From positions 124,001 through 188,000 of the forward strand of contig OZ218961.1 of NCBI GenBank assembly GCA_965112735.1: a stretch of 64,000 bases of DNA, given 5' to 3'. Under the pieces are notes generated by a model. The model had not been told where the DNA came from, searched no databases, and saw only the letters and a list, made by a program, of their open reading frames with translations. The position numbers and the translations under genes are program-made. Shown one piece after another: positions 30,662 to 43,058 of the stretch; position 1 is the stretch's first letter; every line of letters begins with the position of its first letter. The stretch comes from Phaeosaccion multiseriatum. Its lineage: Eukaryota > Protista > Ochrophyta, other classes.

Positions 30662-31595
30662 CCCAACCCCACCCACACGTACACACACACACGCGCACGC
30701 ACCTGAGGCTCCCATGACGGCCTTGACGGGCAGGCCGATGGAGGGGCTCGAACCCACGAGGTCGGAGAGCTTCCCCCCGCCCCACGACACCGTCCGAACT
30801 GACGCACTGAGGGCCCTGGCTGTGGCGGAGCGGCCGCCCTGCGTACTTCCCGCCAAGAAGCTTGCCTCCCCGACGAAGTCACCAGAGTGGAGAGAGTTGA
30901 CAATCTTGCCCTTCACCTCCAACTGGGCATCTCCTTCGAGCACGAGGTGCACGCGCTTGCCGCTGCCCGCCTCCCCCCCCTCTTCGGCGATGATGAGGTC
31001 CCCCTGTCCGAAGTCACGCACCGCTCCCGCCTCGAGCAGTGCCGCCCACGCCTCTGAGCTCATACCATCGGCCTAGGGGGACAGCAGCCGCACGAGCACA
31101 ACAAGGGGAGCAACAAGGCGAGACGCAGAGAGCCTTTCGTCAGTATAGAGAGAGGAGGGCATCAAAGTCAAGCGGGTCCTGCCTGCAAGGCGACAAGGCT
31201 CGAACGACAGCTACACCAGCGGTGAAGAGCACCCCGCAGCGTACACAGCATACCCGTAGCTGTTTGAAGCTCTCGCTGCTGTCGAGGGCATAGCGGCTCG
31301 GCAGAGAGGAAGGGGCTGGTGTTGTTGCAGGTGCTGCTACGGAGGAGGCTACCATCTGCATCCGCCCTGCTGCGCCCCGAGAAGGCCTCACGATGCTCGC
31401 AGGCCTCATCCGCTTCCTCCCACTGATGCTGCTGCTGCTGCTGCTGCTTCCCCAGCTTAGCGACGAGCAGGGCCTTGCTGCCGAGCCGGGATGTGTCGCA
31501 GGGTCCAGGCACATCGGCGGGCTGGCTTGGAAAGCCGTAACATGGCACGCTGCTGCTGCCGCACCAACCACTGCCAGTATGCAAGAAGGGCCCAT
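24576..31595 (-). CDS. PTOX: Plastid terminal oxidase (PTOX/AOX di-iron family) with an N-terminal cyclic-nucleotide-binding domain
   Basis: Presequence ...ACHVTA^FQ. cNMP-like exon 31072-30703. PTOX motifs [67 protein letters not shown] and [15 protein letters not shown]. How the last exons (below 25878) join is tentative. Confidence 0.85.
28558..28653. repeat. 24-bp repeat containing the palindrome CCTTACGTAAGG, 4 copies
   Basis: Directly visible, next to the micro-exon donor. Confidence 0.85.
28780..28900. repeat. 42-bp repeat, 3 copies, inside a PTOX intron
   Basis: Unit atgcaatgaatgccctg(a)aggatgagcttgaagagcagaaag. Confidence 0.9.
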
Positions 31596-32687
31596 TAAAG
31601 AAAGTGTTTCCTCCCTTGTTGGTCTGGGGCCTCTTCTCTTGAGCGGCGGAGGATTCTAGCACGGTGACCAAGAGCGGGGATGTCACGGCAAATCGCGACG
31701 AGTCGTGATTAAGGGAGAAAGGTCGAGAAAGGGAGGAACATGAATGGAGGTCGCAAAAAAATGTGAGTTTCAGCTGTGAGGGAACGGCAACGGCAAGTTC
31801 AACCGCCGGCTGCTCGGCCAGTGTCGCCTCAGAACCTTGTCAGGGGCCGAGAGGAGGAAGGGAAGAGTCGAAAAGAGGCCAGGGCTTCCCCCTCCCTCTA
31901 CTCTGCTCTACTGTTGTAGCATCGATGATTTGCGTGGGAGGAGGGATTAGTGGTTGGGAGGACTTTGTTGAGGCAGGCGATTGACGGCACGGTGGTCGCC
32001 TCGATTTTCACTGACTTCATACCGAGTGAGAGAGTGAGGGCCGCCTTGTTGCCTTGGACTCTTGTGGCAGAAGGATATGGTCTTGCTGGTTGGATGGTTG
32101 CCCCCGCCCCGCCCTCCGGCAGAAGGCTTGTGAGGAAGTATGTATACCCACGGCACCTTTAGCCCCTGCCTTCTCGTTGGGCCACAGCAGGCGGAGCGCT
32201 CTCTGTTCTGCACAGGCTTAGCTAGCTTTCAGTGACGCACAGTATCGGCCCCTGACATGCTTCTGAGACAGGCCAGCCCAGAAGCAGGAAGCAGGCCGGC
32301 TGGCGCCGGCCAGAAGCAGGAAGCAGCCTTGGCCCTCATCATTGCCTTATTACATGGCTGCTTTCCCCCAGAACCTGGAACCTGCCTGGCCGGCTGGCGC
32401 CGGCTAGAAGCAGGAAGCAGGGTCGCCTCAGAAGCATGTCGGGGGCCGAATAGTAGCCTAGCTACCGGAGCCTTCAACCGAGCTCCCGCAAAGCATGCTC
32501 CCGAATCAAGCAAGAGCGAAGAGAGGAAGGGAGGGATGTCGAAGTGTTCCTTCGTGAAGGAGAGAGCCTGTAGGGAGATACACTATGTAAGGAGGGACAG
32601 GGAGATGTATGTGTTAATGTATTGTGGTGTGGCATGAGGGGTGAGGGGTGCCCCATCTCTCCTTTATGGTGACAAAGCAGAGAGGAA

Positions 32688-33647
32688 CTAAGATTTGTAG
32701 TCTATGCCGGCGGCGTGCTGCCACCCGGATGGCAAGCCTTTAGGGGCGTGCTCCCACCCTTCCTGATAGAAGCTGTCGAGCTGTTTGTTGACGAACCAGG
32801 TGGATCTGTTGTGAGACCCGATGGTGTAGTACCCCTTACTGTCCATCAGCTGCTGGAGACGCTCGACGGCAGGGGTGCCTGTTTCCTTCCCGGTCTCTAT
32901 GAGAACGACACCGAAGTGGTACCGCGTAAAGTCCACTGTCTCGAGCACGCTGTACTCGGCGCCCTCGACGTCCAGACTCCAAAAGTCAAAGAAGAATTCG
33001 TCGCCAACCGCGTCTCGAAGAATGTCATCCATGCGCTGGCATTTGATGGGCGTACAGTCCTCCAGCCTCTGGTTTGGCCACCACTTCCTACGGAACTCAG
33101 GAGTGGCGAACTCGTATATGCCGTGCACTGCGGGCCGTTTTTGCACCCCACAGAAGTGGATGTCCTGCTCTGCCTCGCACACTGCCGCATTCACTGTGGC
33201 AAGCTCATTCTGCCGATTTCTCTCAAGCCGAATGAACTGGTCAGGGCTAGGCTCGATAAGCACACCCTTCCAATCCAGCGCTGTGTGGAAGGCTGCAGTG
33301 TTGCTATACTTGACCCCATCCAAGGCGCCCATTTCAATGTAGCTGCCTCCACAGACGCCTGCAAAGAAGCTCTTCAACAAATCGACGTCTTCACGCGATT
33401 GGGATCGAAAGACGCCACCCCTGACTCCAAGTGCTCTTTGAATCTCCAAGTCCGTTGCCATGTTGCCACAAGAATGAGCTGTAGAAGCTGGGACGCCTGC
33501 TGGCATCGGCTCCTCCTCCTCCAGCCTTCGGTATGATGTCCTTTGAGGGAGTGGGTCAGGCAAACTCGTTTCTCCCATCATCGAGTAGAGGATTGACCCC
33601 GCCATATAGGCGAGTGTCGCATATCCCGCACCCCGTGAGCCTGGCAT
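32688..33647 (-). CDS. FkbM-family (Methyltransf_21) SAM-dependent methyltransferase, intronless, with an N-terminal signal/anchor
   Basis: Motifs YIEMGALDG...SNT, WKGVLIEP, VNAAVC and FDFWSLDVEGAEYSVL; first ATG at 33647. Confidence 0.9.
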   Translation of the reverse strand: MPGSRGAGYATLAYMAGSILYSMMGETSLPDPLPQRTSYRRLEEEEPMPAGVPASTAHSCGNMATDLEIQRALGVRGGVFRSQSREDVDLLKSFFAGVCGGSYIEMGALDGVKYSNTAAFHTALDWKGVLIEPSPDQFIRLERNRQNELATVNAAVCEAEQDIHFCGVQKRPAVHGIYEFATPEFRRKWWPNQRLEDCTPIKCQRMDDILRDAVGDEFFFDFWSLDVEGAEYSVLETVDFTRYHFGVVLIETGKETGTPAVERLQQLMDSKGYYTIGSHNRSTWFVNKQLDSFYQEGWEHAPKGLPSGWQHAAGIDYKS

Positions 33648-33762
33648 GTTGTTGATTTCTCCTTTCCTTTTGCGTGTGTAACAAAGCGACAACTACAATA
33701 ATCCGTTACTACCCGCTCCGACGACGGCGTACAGCGCGGGGGGGAGCAAGCTATCAGGGAGC
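33648..33762. promoter_or_regulatory. Putative bidirectional promoter (115 bp between start codons)
   Basis: Divergent ATGs at 33647 (-) and 33763 (+); inferred from geometry only. Confidence 0.5.
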
Positions 33763-34544
33763 ATGCTTCGGCAACTACAGTTGCTGATCCTGCTGGTCTT
33801 CGATCTGATCCTGCTACTGACCACCAAGCACGGCGGTAGTGCTCAGGATCAGCGTGGGCCTGGCGGGGTAGATGAAATTGCAGAGTTGTACGTGCAGTTG
33901 CATTGCTCTGTGCTGCTCGGAGCAGCTCGAGGGTGGCGCACAGGAGACCACTTGCAGGCTTCGGAAGCCTTTCGCGATGCCCACGCGCAGCTCGTACTGA
34001 GAGCCCCCGCGGCTCGAGTGGCAATCATAGCGGGGAATGATGCCGTTGCCGTTGAGGGGGCGTTTGGGGAGAGGCACGTGCCGGCAACGACAGCCGGAGG
34101 AGCACAGTCTGTTTCGTCGTACCCAATCATCACCGCAGCAGAGACCCGGACGGCTTGGGCTGCCTGGATGAGGTTATTGACGGAGGGAGACTTCCGCGGC
34201 GAGGGCCAGACGCGGCACTCGACCTGTCCGGGTCCGGGAGCCAGGAATCTGAAAAAGCCCACCTGCTTCAACCCGCCTTTGTGGGGCGCAGTGCTAGGGT
34301 AAGTAGATTATCACCTCTGTCTTCTTTGTCCATTTCTAGACTTTAAATTCGCCGCTGCTTCGGAAGGTTTATTTTTTCTTTTATCGGTCAGTCGTTCACG
34401 TCCTTCGTCGCTCAGCAGCTTCAGCTTGCCGTACTTCCTTCGAACCTGGCTGCTTGCTGAGTAGCTATTGGGCCAGGTGCACCCTCGACCAGCAGTGCCG
34501 CCCCCCTCCCCTCCCTTCTGATAGATCCCTCCCTCCCACACACA

Positions 34545-34575
<31 letters not shown>

Positions 34576-36753
34576 ATCCTTTCTGGCTCCTCGCCCATGG
34601 CCCTCCCCGAAGGTACGAGGCGGACGCCATCCTTCATCCGTTGTCCCAAGCTCATGGCAAGCTGACCGCCACAGCGAAAGATGCCATTTTGAGGGACATA
34701 CTTGAATCCTATGACTTTGTCATCGACATCCATCCGCGTGGAGGCAGTCAGCTTAGAAAGCCGAATGGTCTTTCGCACTTCCCCCCGGTCTTCCGTATGC
34801 CGTCAGAGCCCCACGACAAGTACGAGGCGGACAGTAAAAGGGTAGGCACAGGAGAGAAGGACAAGCAACACTCGGAGGATGTGCTGTACGACCCTGTATA
34901 CATTGACAACTTCTCGGTGGGGCCGACGGCCTTTCATGACTCGCTCTCACTGTGGTATCACTACGAGGTGAAGGACATTCAACGGGCACTGAATATATCC
35001 ACGACAGAAGGACTCGACAGGAACATCGCGAGACGGTGGGCTTCCAAGCACGTCTTTCTTTACACGGGAGACGCCACGCCAGCGGACGTCGTCGCATACA
35101 CCGCTGCCATTCACGCTGCGGGCTTCACGGTTGGCAAGAACGATATCAAGGCCAAAGGCGCCATTGCCTACTGGCAAGAGATGAGCGAGTCTATGGCGGT
35201 GGTCATGCTGCCTACTCGACGAGTGAGTGCCGGGCAACTCGCCGCTGAAGCCGCCATTGCGGGGGTCCCGTTGATCGGGCCCGAAGAGAAGAGTCTGCCC
35301 CGAATGTTACACGAGCCGCAGCTCTTGTACGATGACAAGACTCGGATGGCTCCCCGCAAGCTGCAGGGAATGCTCAGCACCTTGTTACGGCAAGAAGAAG
35401 AGGAAGAAGAAGAAGAAGAAGGAGGAGGAGCAGGAGGAGGAGGAGGAGGAGGAGGAGGAGGAGGAGGAGGAGGAGGAGGAGGAGGAGGAGGAGGAGGAGC
35501 AGGAGCAGGAACAGCACTAGCACCAGCGCACTATAGAGAGCTCGCCGAGGAAGCGATGCATCGCGCAGAAGTGCTCCTCTCCTTAGAGACGCTACCCCAC
35601 CCCTCCGTCCTAGAGGCCGCCGCGAGGAAGGTGCAAGGCAACAGGGCGGGGGTATGCGCCTCCTCGCCGCCGGAGAGGGCACAGGAGGGGGACTCCGAGG
35701 CGACAGGCGGAGACACATGGGACGAGCAAGGCAGTGAGGACGGTAGCACATCCACCCTAACTGCTCCTCCTCCTCCTGCTGGTGAGGGAGCCTCATCCTC
35801 AGCCGAGAGCCCCTCCAACTCTCTCCACCTTCATGTGCAGGCCATGCCCGAGGAATGCCGCGACCTTGTGCACGTGATGAACGACTTCAAGGGCGCCTAC
35901 GTGCGGCACGACTTGTCTGTGGTGTCACGCCGACTCGGAGTCGTGTACCTGCAGATCCCCAAGTCCGGCTCCACGACTGTGAAGGAGCACCTCCTCGAGA
36001 AAAAGGGCTCAGGTTTCACAAAGGTGAGAGAGGCAGCGGCGAATCGACAAGCAAGAAGGCCTGTCCGGTGGACGGAGGGCGGGGGGGGGTATAATGACTT
36101 GAAGTTTGTCTCGCGAGGACATGAGTCGGCAAGTACAAGCACTGAGAGAAGCTCTGTATCGTTGTTGTTGCTGCTTGTGGGGCCTGTCTGCTGCCTGCCT
36201 GCCCTTGCGACCGATGCCTGCAGGTTGTGACGCCGTCTGATCTTGTCGGGCTCGTCGCATTAGAAACCTCCGGTCGGCCCAGGAAGACCAAGGCCAGCAA
36301 CCACCCGGGCGTCGATGACATCCTCGCGGCCGAGGCATGGGTGGATCAGTCTACCTTCACCTTCACTGTGGTGAGTGGCCTGGGGTAGGGCTCGAGCTAG
36401 TTGAGCTGTTCTGGTCCTTTTAGTCTATGGGGCGGTTGCCGATCGTGTGTCTAAGGCAGGAAGGAGCGCCGAGCGAGGCTCACAGCGCCGCAGTCGGGTG
36501 ATGATGTTACCTTCTCGGTGATGATGTTGCCCTCTCGCTCGGCCTCTGCCCTCACGAGCATCGCTCTCAGCCTCTATCCGCTCACGACATGCCTTACGAA
36601 CTGCTCCCCTGGACCTGTCCGACGCACGCACACACCCACACACACACACACACACACACCCATCCACACACACACACATACACACACATAAACACATTCA
36701 TATGCCCACACATACACACACATGCATACACCCACACCCACCCACCCACCCAC

Positions 36754-36847
<94 letters not shown>

Positions 36848-38894
36848 TCGCGAGCCCCTCGCTCGAGCAATCTCCGCATTCTACACTGTCCTCTCGGGCG
36901 CGAAGGGAGCGAAGGTCGTTGACAAGCCTGCAACATACAAGAGCTGGTTTCCACAGCTGGAGAGGGGGATTAACACGAATCCGGTATTCCACCACGCCTT
37001 CCCCCAGGTTAGTGCGCATGGCTGCTTGAAAGTGTGCCTCCCTCCTTCGGCGGTGATCCCAGCCTGTCTCACATGATTTCAATCCCCTGCTGGCCTGTGG
37101 CTTGTTGCTCGCTGCCGTGCGAAGAGAGAGGCAGAAAAAGCTTGGAGGTGGATCCATGTGAAGGACCGCAACAGGGCCGACTTTCCCTGCCTTCATACTC
37201 CGCTCTCCCCTGCCTCCTGCTTCGCTCGCCGCCCTTGCTGGGCCAGCGTTGCTGTGCCTCCGTCTCATCCTTCACCCGGCACCTGACACCTCACACCACA
37301 CACCTCACACCTCACAACTCAAGCTGACACCTCACACCTGACACCTGACACCTGACACCTGACACCTGACACCTGACACCTGACACCTGACACCTGACAC
37401 CTGACCCTGACACCTGACACCTGACACCTGACACCTGACACCTGACACCTGACGCCTGACACGTGACACCTCACACCTCACACCTGACAACTCACAACTC
37501 AACCTGACACCTGACACCTGACACCTGATACCTGACACCTCACACCTCACACCTCACACCTCACACCTCACACCTCACACCTGATACCTGACGCCTGACA
37601 CATCACACCTCACACCTCACATCACACCTTACACCTCACTACCACCTGATACCTGACACCTCACAGCTCACACCTGACACCTGACACCTCATACCTCATA
37701 CCTCACACCTCACACCTGACACCTGACACGTCACACCTCACACCTGACACTTGACACGTGACACCTCACACCTCACACCTCACACCTCACATCTCACACC
37801 TCACCCCTCACACCTCACACCTCACAACTCACTACCACCTGATACCTGACACCTCACACCTCACACCTGACACCTGACACTTGACACGTGATACCTGATA
37901 CCTCACACCTGACACCTGATACCTGATACCTCACACCTGACACCTGACACTTGACACGTGACACCTCACACCTGACACCTCACATATGGACACCTCACAC
38001 CTGATACCTCACACCTCACACCTCACACCTGACACCTGACACATGACACCTGACACCTCACACCTCACACCTCACACCTCACACCTCACACCTCTGATAC
38101 CTGACACCTGACACCTCACACATGACACCTGACACCTGATACCTCACACCTCTGATACCTGATACCTCACACCTCTGATACCTGATACCTCACACCTCAC
38201 TACCACCTGATACCTGACACCTGACACCAGGTGTTCTACTTGACCAAGATGGATGGCTCTTCGTTTAAGGTGGGCCGCATGGTGGTTTTAATGCCCCCTT
38301 CTTGTCTCGGTCTACCCATACGCCAATACGGTTTTAGCATTTCTCCCCAGCAGAGCAGCCACACAATACACACAGACAGTATCACACACGCACGCACACA
38401 CACACATATACACACACGCACACGCGCACACACGCGCACACACACGCACACACACACGCACACACACACCCGCACACACACACATACACACACGCACACG
38501 CGCACACACACACATGCGCACACACACATGCAGGCACACACACACAAACGCACATACGTACATATACGCACACGCACACACGAACACCCACCCACCCACC
38601 CATACACACGCACACGCATGCGGGCAGCTCTGATGATGGCTACAGAAGGCGGTGGTGAGGTGGTGAGGTGGTGAGGTGGTGAGGCTCTCTTTCGGACGGG
38701 TCGGTGAAAGCGCTCACCCGCCAGCCACACAGCCAGCCACACAACCACAGCAATGACGCCACCACAGGGGAGGGGCGAACAATGACATTGTACCACACAC
38801 ACTCACACTCCCACTGCTCATTATCCTTCCGTCGCCTTTGCTCCCTCCCCTCCCCACTGTGCTTGTTGTATGTCATTTTCTCTCCCCCCCCCCC

Positions 38895-38960
<66 letters not shown>

Positions 38961-39250
38961 ACACTAAGGTCGACTTCGTGCTTCATCTGGAGAGCCTGGA
39001 CGAAGACTGGGACGCCATGATGGCAGAGGCCCCCCCGGGTATGGTGCAAGGCCCAAATGGAATCGTCAAGAACCCCAAACTCGGGCACAAGGGCGACAAG
39101 CAAGTGAGCCATCTGGAGCGCTGGCTGCAGGAGGGGGGTGCTGACCAAGACGAGTTTGTGCGGGCCGCTTGCCGCTTCTACAAGGCGGACTTTTTGTGCT
39201 TCGGTTACGCCTTCCCAGACGTGTGTGCCGACGTGTTCGCGGATGTGTGA
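33763..39250 (+). CDS. Secretory-pathway protein with a GT-B glycosyltransferase-like domain and a carbohydrate sulfotransferase (Sulfotransfer_2-like) domain
   Basis: Signal peptide. GT-B-like [18 protein letters not shown]. 5'-PSB motif [12 protein letters not shown] and 3'-PB motif [17 protein letters not shown], plus [18 protein letters not shown] and [10 protein letters not shown]. Exons 33763-34298, 34613-36023, ~36224-36370, ~36846-37007, 38231-38269, ~38969-39250. Confidence 0.8.
37280..38228. repeat. About 950-bp heptamer satellite (CCTGACA/CCTCACA/CCTGATA)n
   Basis: Directly visible; it ends at the acceptor cctgacaccag (38230). Confidence 0.95.
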
Positions 39251-40102
39251 CAAGAGGACTTGAAGCAGGGGCAGAGGACACTTTTGAAAGAGGAAAGAGG
39301 ACTGCAAGAGCAAGGAGTGTGGGAGTGGAGTGTGCAAGTACTTGGTACTTCGAGGAGTAGTTGGTCCGAGCTAGTATAACAAGTAATTCATTCATTCATT
39401 CATTAGCTCGAGAAAGAGGTGAAGCTTTTGCCCTGCGAGCTGGGGCGAATCTGCCTCCCTCCGCTCTTGTGAGAGTATCATCGCCCCGGCCCCACGCTGC
39501 GGGTGCCTCTCGGCCATCGCCATCGCCTGCGACAAGACTAGACCGGCGCCCCCTCCGTCGCTGCCAGCCTGTGACCACTCTCAAGCCCCTCGCCGCCTCG
39601 GGCTCCACAGAGGCCGAGTACAGTAGGAGGGGTCAGGACCTGAATCTGTGGAGCGATGCGTTACCGCATGGCTGGGCTGAGCATGAACACGTCCCTTTCC
39701 CTTCTTTCCCTTCCCCCCTTTGCAGGAGGTGGGATATGCCAAGACCAGACGGAGCGCTCCTCTTTGTCACGCCACAACCAACGCTTGCTTGCTCTCACGC
39801 CTCAACGCTCGACGAAGAGGCTCCAGCCCCAGCTCTGCTCGCGACAGGCCTTCCTTCCTTCTCACTGCTGCAGCTGAGCTGTCATTCATCGAGGGCGCTT
39901 CTTCTCCAACTACACCCGTCGAGGGCCCTTGCTCATCCACGCCCCACCCAGCACGCAGCGAGCCGAGCCAGTGCTAGTGCACAAAGTAGGTAAGAGTTGA
40001 GCGTAGGTGGGAGGTAAGGGTAAGGGTGTGCGTTAGGGTAGCCCAAGTAAGAAGCAGCAGGAGAGCAGGAGCCGCAGAGCCGCAGGAACCGCAGAGCCCC
40101 TT

Positions 40103-40718
40103 TTATTGCACGAGGGCTCGGAGGGCCTTGACGACGTCCCCCTGCGCGGCTCTGAGGGCAGCTTCTGCCTCCGCCTGGGGAAGCTCCAGCTCCGCCACGA
40201 TGAGCTTCACGTCTTCTTTGTTCAGCTTGAGGCTATGGTGCAGTTAGACACCAGAGGGCAGAGGGCCACGGGCAGAGGGTGGGGCGTCGCGCAGAGGGAG
40301 GGAAAGGGAGGGAGGGAGGGAGGGAGGGAGGGAGGGAGGGAGGGAGGGAGGGAGGGAGGGAGGGAGAGGGAGAGAGGGGCACGGGAGAAGGAGGGGAGAT
40401 GATCGGGAGAGAGAGCCGAGAGAGAGAGGAGTGAGAGGAAGAATCAAGATAATGATAGTGTCTCGGCGTTGACTGCTTGCTCTGCCCAAGGAAGGTGCAA
40501 CAAAGTTCCCAAAAGAACCGCTCTTCAGCCCAACACGGGTAAGATACGCTCCCTGAGCATCGTCGTGCCCACCTGTCCTCGGCCTTGGCCTCCGCCTTCT
40601 CCCCTCCGATCGTGGACAGCGCATTGAGCGTGGCTGCGGAGCTCATCTCGAGCTCCGTGTCTTCATGATGGTCGGTCACTTTGTCCAGAGACGCCGCAGC
40701 TTCCTGTCCCGCTGCCAT
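40103..40718 (-). CDS. HYPK: HYPK (huntingtin-interacting protein K)-like, NatA-associated UBA-like protein
   Basis: Exons 40718-40573 (SLDKVTDHHEDTEL) and 40232-40103 (KLNKEDVKLIVAELELPQAEAEAALRAAQGDVVKALRALV). Confidence 0.85.
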
Positions 40719-40853
40719 CCTCCTTTTTTACAGAGGCAGCCCAAGGTAAGAAGGGAAATCCAGTTTCAGTTCCAGGTCTATTTTCGTGTGGGGTTGTGAG
40801 AGAGAGGGAGAGAAAAACACGAGAGCGAGCCGAGAGAGTGAAGAGGAGGAACT
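40719..40853. promoter_or_regulatory. Putative bidirectional promoter between HYPK and IMP3 (135 bp)
   Basis: Divergent ATGs at 40718 (-) and 40854 (+); inferred from geometry only. Confidence 0.5.
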
Positions 40854-41909
40854 ATGCGGAAGCTCAAGCATCACGAACAGAAGCTGCTGAAGAAGGTCGA
40901 CTTCCTGCAGTGGAAGAGCGATGCCAATGTGCGAGAGATCAAGGTGCTGAGGCGGTATCACATCCAGGACAGGGAGGATTACGTCAAATACAACAAGGTA
41001 AATAAAGAGAGAGGGAGAGAATGAAAGAGGGGGAGGGAGATGGAGGGAGGAGGGAGAAAGAGAAGGACAACGTAGGTACGGCTCTCCTGGGGGCCAGTTG
41101 CGCAGTGGCCACCGCCACGAGTTGGAACCAAGAGTACAAGGAGAAGGGAGAGGCGACTCTTTTTTCCCTGCTCCTCAAGGTCACTACCACGCCCCTCTCT
41201 CTCCCACCCAAACCGCCTCCCCTGTATCCACCAACAACAGATCGTGGGCTATGTGACAAAGCTCACTGCCCGCCTCAAGCTGCTCGACAGCAGCGACGCC
41301 TTCCGCATCCAAATGACGGACAGCCTGCTCCACAAGCTGCACTCCCTCGCCGTCATCGACCAGGCCAGCAGCCTCGCCAAGGCCGAGGCCCTCACTGTGA
41401 GCGCCTTCTGTCGCCGCCGCCTCCCTGTGGTGATGGTCCGTGTCAAGATGGCGGAGAGCATCAAGGAGGCTGTGACCTTCGTGGAGCAGGTGGGTGGGTG
41501 GGTGACATCATATCGGTATCGACGAAAGCAAGCCTCCACACACCAGTACCTCCCTCCCCTCCCTCCTCTACCCACCCACTCCTCGGCCAACTCTCCGGCC
41601 GCTGATCCGGACTCAACACCACACCACCCCCAAATCGCACAACGATCACACTCGGCACAAAAGGCGTACCTAACCTTCAGCTGTTCTGGAACTGAAGAAA
41701 CTGAAGCTGAACCTAGCCCTGGTGTCTCCTCCAATGAACACGAACAGGGGCATGTGCGTGTGGGACCTCACATGGTAACGGACCCCGCTATGCTCATCTC
41801 GCGCTCGATGGAGGACTTGGTGACGTGGGTCAACACGTCCAAGATCAAGCGCACCATACACGACTACCACGGAAAGCTTGACGACTTTGACCTGCTGGGG
41901 GAGGCGTAG
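40854..41909 (+). CDS. IMP3: U3 snoRNP protein IMP3 (S4 family)
   Basis: [46 protein letters not shown] and SKIKR...LDDFDL. Exons 40854-40997, 41241-41489, 41748-41909. Confidence 0.95.
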
Positions 41910-42967
41910 TGGAGAGAGGAGGCCTATGGGCAGGCACTGGGCAAGTGTAGCACGGTGGAAGCATATGGATGGAGCCGTGGAGGCACATCGGCAGGTATAC
42001 GCAACAGGCAGGAGGGTCAGGCAGGAGGCATATGGATGGAGCCTAGTGGAGGCATATGGGCAGGAGGGGCGGATGTCGTCGCTTGCTGGCCAGGCCAACG
42101 AGTTGTACGGGTGGCATGGTAGGCATGGGAGGCATATGGGCCGGTGGAGAGGAGGATGGGACAAAAGTAGCAGCAGCAGCAGCAGCAGCATGCACCAAGA
42201 GCCTGGAGGCACTGCGGCACGGGCAGTAGCACGGGTCGGGGCGGGGGCAGTCTGGAGGGGCTGTGGTGAGACTGTGGGCAGACTGTGGTAAGACTGGGGC
42301 GGCCGGCCCAGCAGCATGGGTGGGTCCATCGAAGCGATCGAAGGGAGCGGCGACCTCCACCCCTCTGCGGCATGTAAAGATTAAAGATTAGGCAGGGAGA
42401 CAGGGAGGGAGGCTGGCAGGGAGGGCCCTCGCCTCTGCACCAGAGACAGGAGCAGCACTCATGAGCGAAACGGAGAGAGCACAAGGAAAGAACAGTTGCA
42501 ATTGCCCACCCACGTTCAGCTCGATGGGGAAGAGCGAGAATCGCAACGGCAACAGCGACAGCGGTACAGCGGTTGGTGATGCGGCAGGAGTCGCCAGCGA
42601 CAGCGGTTGGTGATGCGGCAGGAGTCGCAAGAGTGTTGTGGAGCTTGCAGCGCAGGCAGGTGGAGGAGAAGTCTCCCCTCTCTCCTCACCTCAAGAGGTC
42701 CCTCGCGGTGGAAGGGGTGACTGACCGACTGACTAGCTACTGACTGACCGACTGACTGACTGACGGACGGCTCCCGCTGAGAGAAGACTCCCACCAGCCC
42801 TACGCCTCCGTGTCGTGCGTCCAGACGCCATTTGTGATGGGTGATTGGTGCACGTGTTGATGCTCCAGAAAGGCCGTTTGTGAGTGGTGATGTGGTGCAC
42901 CTGAGGCGAGAGGGTAGTCCGACTGAGTCAGCACACACCACAGCGGAGGCCAAACAGCGGAGGCGTA

Positions 42968-43058
42968 CTGTATCAAACAGCGGAGACTTAGTGTATCAAA
43001 CAGCGGAGACTCAGTGTATCAAACAGCGGAGACTCAGTGTATCAAACAGCGGAGACTT
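42968..43058. repeat. 23-bp repeat (GTATCAAACAGCGGAGACTCAGT), about 4 copies
   Basis: Directly visible, intergenic. Confidence 0.85.

Noticed and set aside
30740-30762. tRNA T-arm-like GTGGGTTCGAGCCCC on the minus strand
   Set aside because: It sits inside a coding exon (LVGSSP) and has no cloverleaf.
31140-31142. Apparent in-frame TGA (readthrough or selenocysteine) after the first PTOX ORF
   Set aside because: It lies within the canonical intron 31253-31073.
32229-32637. Overlapping ORFs and a short direct repeat with a GCCGGC hairpin
   Set aside because: No protein motifs, terminal repeats or target-site duplication, so there is no support for a gene or a MITE.
32715-33536. 273-aa ORF antisense to the FkbM gene (and similar shadow ORFs over other exons)
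   Set aside because: A shadow of GC-rich codon usage on the coding strand.
39361-39993. 210-aa ORF in repeat-poor sequence between convergent genes
   Set aside because: No ATG start, recognisable motif or splice structure. A decayed gene cannot be excluded.
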